A stretch of DNA of 63,747 nt, the filler included, from Asterionella formosa (lineage: Eukaryota), in NCBI GenBank assembly GCA_002256025.1. It is 10 parts of 10 records of this genome, joined end to end, with 100 filler letters (N's around TTAATTAATTAA, not from the genome) between each part and the next. Parts side by side here need not be neighbours in the genome. Positions count along the whole stretch, not along the records: positions 57,472 to 63,747 come from NKIB01012759.1; 9 more parts are not named here. One strand, given 5' to 3'. The notes below the pieces were generated by a model that did not search any database, was not told the origin of the DNA, and worked only from the letters and a program-made list of their open reading frames with translations. Made by a program: the position numbers and the translations under genes. Positions 60,223 through 63,747 of the stretch are shown here, piece by piece; positions within the stretch are counted from its first letter, which is position 1; the number at the start of each line of letters is the position of its first letter.

Positions 60223-60278
60223 GAATACGAATTGCCAGTCACGCTAGGGATGTCAGAATATATAGAATAAATTGCTGC

Positions 60279-61597
60279 TCATCCGATCATTAAGTAATCA
60301 GCTAATGGCATCACCCCGCCAGTGTTCAATGGGAGAAATCGATCAGGAGAACTCATATCAACACCTTCCTTGGAATATCGAAGCTGCAATGTAATATTAT
60401 TTTGAGTTTGGCTAGATACAAAACCATTAGTATTTCCAATCGAGCCCGATGGCAGTGTATCAATCAACGTGGGGTTCAAAATGATGGAAGTGCAGTCTCT
60501 TGTGTCACCGACCAGTCTTGAGTAGCGGCCCACGACGCCATTGACAAACTTGACATGGTCAGCTCCAACCAATCCAATGATTAGACCACCGGGGTTTTCT
60601 TTCGTCCACCGATAAGCATTAGATGCCATTGATTCGTCCCACAAGATGCGGCCACTGTAAAAATTTCTAAACGTCATTTCTTCCTCAAGCTTTTGTCCTG
60701 AAATAGTGTATTTCAAAAGTCCCATGGCTTTGTGGACTTCATAGGACGGGCGAATTACATAGTCCACATATTCTCTGAATTGATTTGGCATTGTAAACTC
60801 TGCAAATCCACGGCTGAATGACAAAAGCACAGACAGGTGGGTTTGCCCATAATGAGAGAAGCAAAAGCGGACCCATATGGTTGATCATGTTCAATATTAA
60901 CTTACAGGTCGGATATGTACTGCTTTAGATTTGATTTTTCCAACCCAGGTAATCCTCCCTTCTCAACATTTGCCAAATCCTCGCTGTTGACGTTCAAGGC
61001 GATTAGCCTGATGTTGAGTTCTTTAGCAATCTCAAAGACTGGTCTGTACCCTTCAAAAGGCCATTGCCACCGTGTCTCCCATTCCACAAGTGTTTTCATT
61101 TCATCAGCGGAAAATTTTCCATCAACATAATCGTCCAAAACTTGTTGAAACTTGACCTGTACCTGTTCTAATCCAATCGCCATTGGAGGGGGAGCCGTTA
61201 CTCGAGATGCCCCATTCCTAAGAGAAGAAATACTTCGAATTAAAGTGGTCTGCATCATGTGATCTTTGAATGAGTTATGATGCTCTCCCAACCATATTGC
61301 ACCGCCCTTGTTGGTTTTGATCCCGACTGATGCAATCGACTTCAACAGGTTTGCTTTGCTCACTGGTGTCAAAGTTGGATTCAGAGCAGCTGACGAATCT
61401 GAGTTGACTCGAAATACCTCAAAACTCTGATCTTGGAAGGATGCGTTCGAAACAGTAGAGAAGCTGACTAGAAAAGGGCTTGTAATCGACGAAAATGTGG
61501 TTTGAAGTAACAGTCTCCGATCAAGAATAAGGGCGCTAGAAAAAGATGCGCCTCTTGCCATCATGGCAACGATCGATACGAGCGGCACACAAAGCAT
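60279..61597 (-). CDS. ChaN/Tiki-superfamily (DUF399, haem-binding uptake-like) protein, likely plastid; exons 61597-60906 and 60813-60279
   Basis: WLGEHHN, IGLEQVQ..FQ..LDDY, WETRWQWPFEGYRPVF, IALNV, LWDESMA, LVGADHV; in-frame 92-bp intron. Confidence 0.85.
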
Positions 61598-61905
61598 GCT
61601 GTGTATCAGCTTCTGCCTCAGGAATGATTTGTTAAATAGAGGTGGTTAATATGCATTCAGTGATTATGGTTCTGTATCACAGTTGGTATCAGTAACCGTT
61701 TGTTGCTTATCATTGACAACGAACGAGAAGTGAAAGGAATCATGTGAGCAAGAATTTTTTACCTTTTTCTATGTCATGCGGTGAGCTATGATGCGCTCTG
61801 TGTCGAATATATTTTCTGTGCAGAACCAAACACTAATTAAAATATTCGATTGCGAGACGACCAATTCGAACCAACTGTACTATATAACCGGCATCTAATT
61901 ACAGG

Positions 61906-63182
61906 TAGTAAGTAAAATTTAAACAAGCGCTGAACATATCACAATGAAAGTATATGCCGGCAGACACAGAGAAATACAGTTACCAATTGTTGAACTCTAC
62001 TAATGTGTGCTCTATAAATTCATTACATTCCTTGCTGGGTTAGCATACTGCAGGTAGCAGTAGTACGCTGTCTGTCATAAATCCATGTATCGAAGTACTG
62101 GCACATACATACATGTTGGTCATGTGTATCTTCCAACATGCTACTGTTGATGTTCACCATTGAATGACTTTATCAGAGGTATGCTGCAATATTCCTCTCT
62201 TCTACTCCCCTTCATTCAATTCTTGGCCCACAATTATGGTCAACAGGTGATTATTCCCATGCATCTCAAATTAGCACTGATCTGCTGCAGCAATAATTTT
62301 CATCAATAATAATCTCCAACCAACTCTAATGAATTGGTCATCAATTCATGTTACAGAGTAGAGTGTGCATGGTTCCCATTTCCATCCAATGGCTTGTTCC
62401 TCTGGCATTTGGCGTTGATATGGCACTGTCTGGGGTAAAATACTGTGTGATTGGGTTGTCATTTAAAGAACAATCATAGGGCAGCCTTTTCCATTTTAGG
62501 CTTTGAAATATCTGTTGTGTTTCTGTAGTGCATTATATCTCCCCTGTCTGCTGTCTTTCCACTCAGTTGTGTTAGTGTGATGAAGTAAGATACGAGTGTT
62601 CAATATCCCCCCCCACCCCTTCTCCCAAGAGGGAAGGTGAGCGCTGAGCCGACCAAGGAGACAAGCGGAGTCCTTGGCTGTTGGGAGATGGAAGTAAAGG
62701 AACAACGAAGTACGGAGGGAAGAAAGGAAGAAAACCCCTTGTTAGGCTCTTGTGGGCGTTGTGAGCGTCTTTTATACTCAGTAGAGTGGGATGTGATGGG
62801 GGGGCGCAACAACCGATTCGAGCATTTATCCAATGGAAGTGGGTAGTGAGGGCTTGCAACCGTGATGCACAGGTGGCGGTCTGCAACAACGCTGGAGCGC
62901 CACTATGGGCAGCGAAGGTCCGCCAGAAAATGCCTTCAACAGCGAACTTACGGCGCGCAACGTCTCAACATGTTAACGATTTGTATGCAGCAGTACTTAC
63001 AGATGTAGGACGGCGAAGCCCTTCACAGAAGTATGTTGGGTCCAAGGCAAAGGAGCGGTAAGGTCTGATAAACTAGTAAGCAAAATATAAACAAGCGCTG
63101 AACATATCACGACGAAAGCATGATATGCCACCAATCACAGAGAAATACAGTTACCAATTGTTTAATACTACTAATGTGTGCT
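61906..63182 (+). repeat. Pair of ~105-bp direct repeats (61906-62011 and 63074-63182) flanking ~1.06 kb
   Basis: aaacaagcgctgaacatatcac...cacagagaaatacagttaccaattgtt...ctactaatgtgtgct present twice. Confidence 0.85.
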
Positions 63183-63349
63183 GAAGGCAATACACGCCCG
63201 AGGTAGTCTCTTGCCTGCGAGTACACATGTAAACGAGAAGGCAAGTAGCCGCCGAGAAGGGTATTGTTGAGGCAATTCCCGCTCTAGCTATCGTCGAGTC
63301 ATTCGCTTACCTCCTGCCCACAAATTTAGCATAAATGTCAATTTTAGCC

Positions 63350-63520
63350 TACTATTGCCCATCATATAAAATATATTTTGGATATTTCCTATCTTCACCT
63401 CGAAAATTGCCAAAGGTCCGATATTGCCCATCATTAAAATATATTTTGTATATTTCATGTGTTCGCATTTTGGCAAGACAACAGACACCAATTGCCCCTC
63501 GGTTTTCCAGCCCTGGGATT
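63350..63520. repeat. Dispersed repeat related to ~3360-3460, with an internal ~35-bp direct repeat
   Basis: attgcccatcat..aaatatattttg.atatttc occurs twice; matches the reverse complement of atgaaatatacaaaatatgttttatgtgatggg near 3427-3459. Confidence 0.55.
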
Positions 63521-63747
63521 GCCGAAATCGGCAAGGGGTCTACTTAAGGAAACCATTTTATATACTATTCAGATTCTAACAATTTATATCTAGAATTCAC
63601 CTCGTTTTTGTTCGTCTCCTGAAAAGTGGACTCCGGCAATTCACCTTTCACCATGCCAATCGTCGTCCATCATGACCGGTTTGAAGCGAAATCAGTTCCG
63701 CGATGACGCCAGTAGCGACTCTTTTCCTAACGGATGCGGTTGATTGT

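Overview
Eukaryotic DNA, most likely from a pennate diatom. This is inferred from bipartite plastid presequences, short GT-AG introns, an HSF gene and CoDi-like Copia elements. The window is not one locus: it is ten contigs of 6307, 6292, 6288, 6287, 6285, 6279, 6279, 6278, 6276 and 6276 bp, joined in decreasing size order by 100-bp N44-TTAATTAATTAA-N44 linkers, so adjacency across linkers carries no information. There are about 17 host genes: an S28 peptidase, EndoU, a DUF1350 hydrolase, a GT10 3' end, an LRR protein, RPL29, a TMEM144-like transporter, DUF4460, HPC2/ubinuclein, a kinesin, a plastid protein, a Gfo/Idh/MocA oxidoreductase, a CDP-alcohol phosphotransferase-like/cytidylyltransferase fusion, an HSF, a 2OG-Fe(II) oxygenase, a ChaN-like protein and one orphan ORF. 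Most are arranged as tail-to-tail pairs embedded in transposon debris (Copia, Tc1/mariner-like DDE, PIF/Harbinger-like, Plavaka-like). The strongest unexplained signal is a window-wide set of 5-8 bp insertions at TA dinucleotides (TA-CCGG-TA, TA-CCAGG/CCTGG-TA, TA-CCG/CGG-TA). Comparing paralogous copies shows these are true, polymorphic, iteratively nested insertions, and they appear to pile up upstream of genes. All family assignments are from motif recognition by eye; no searches were run.
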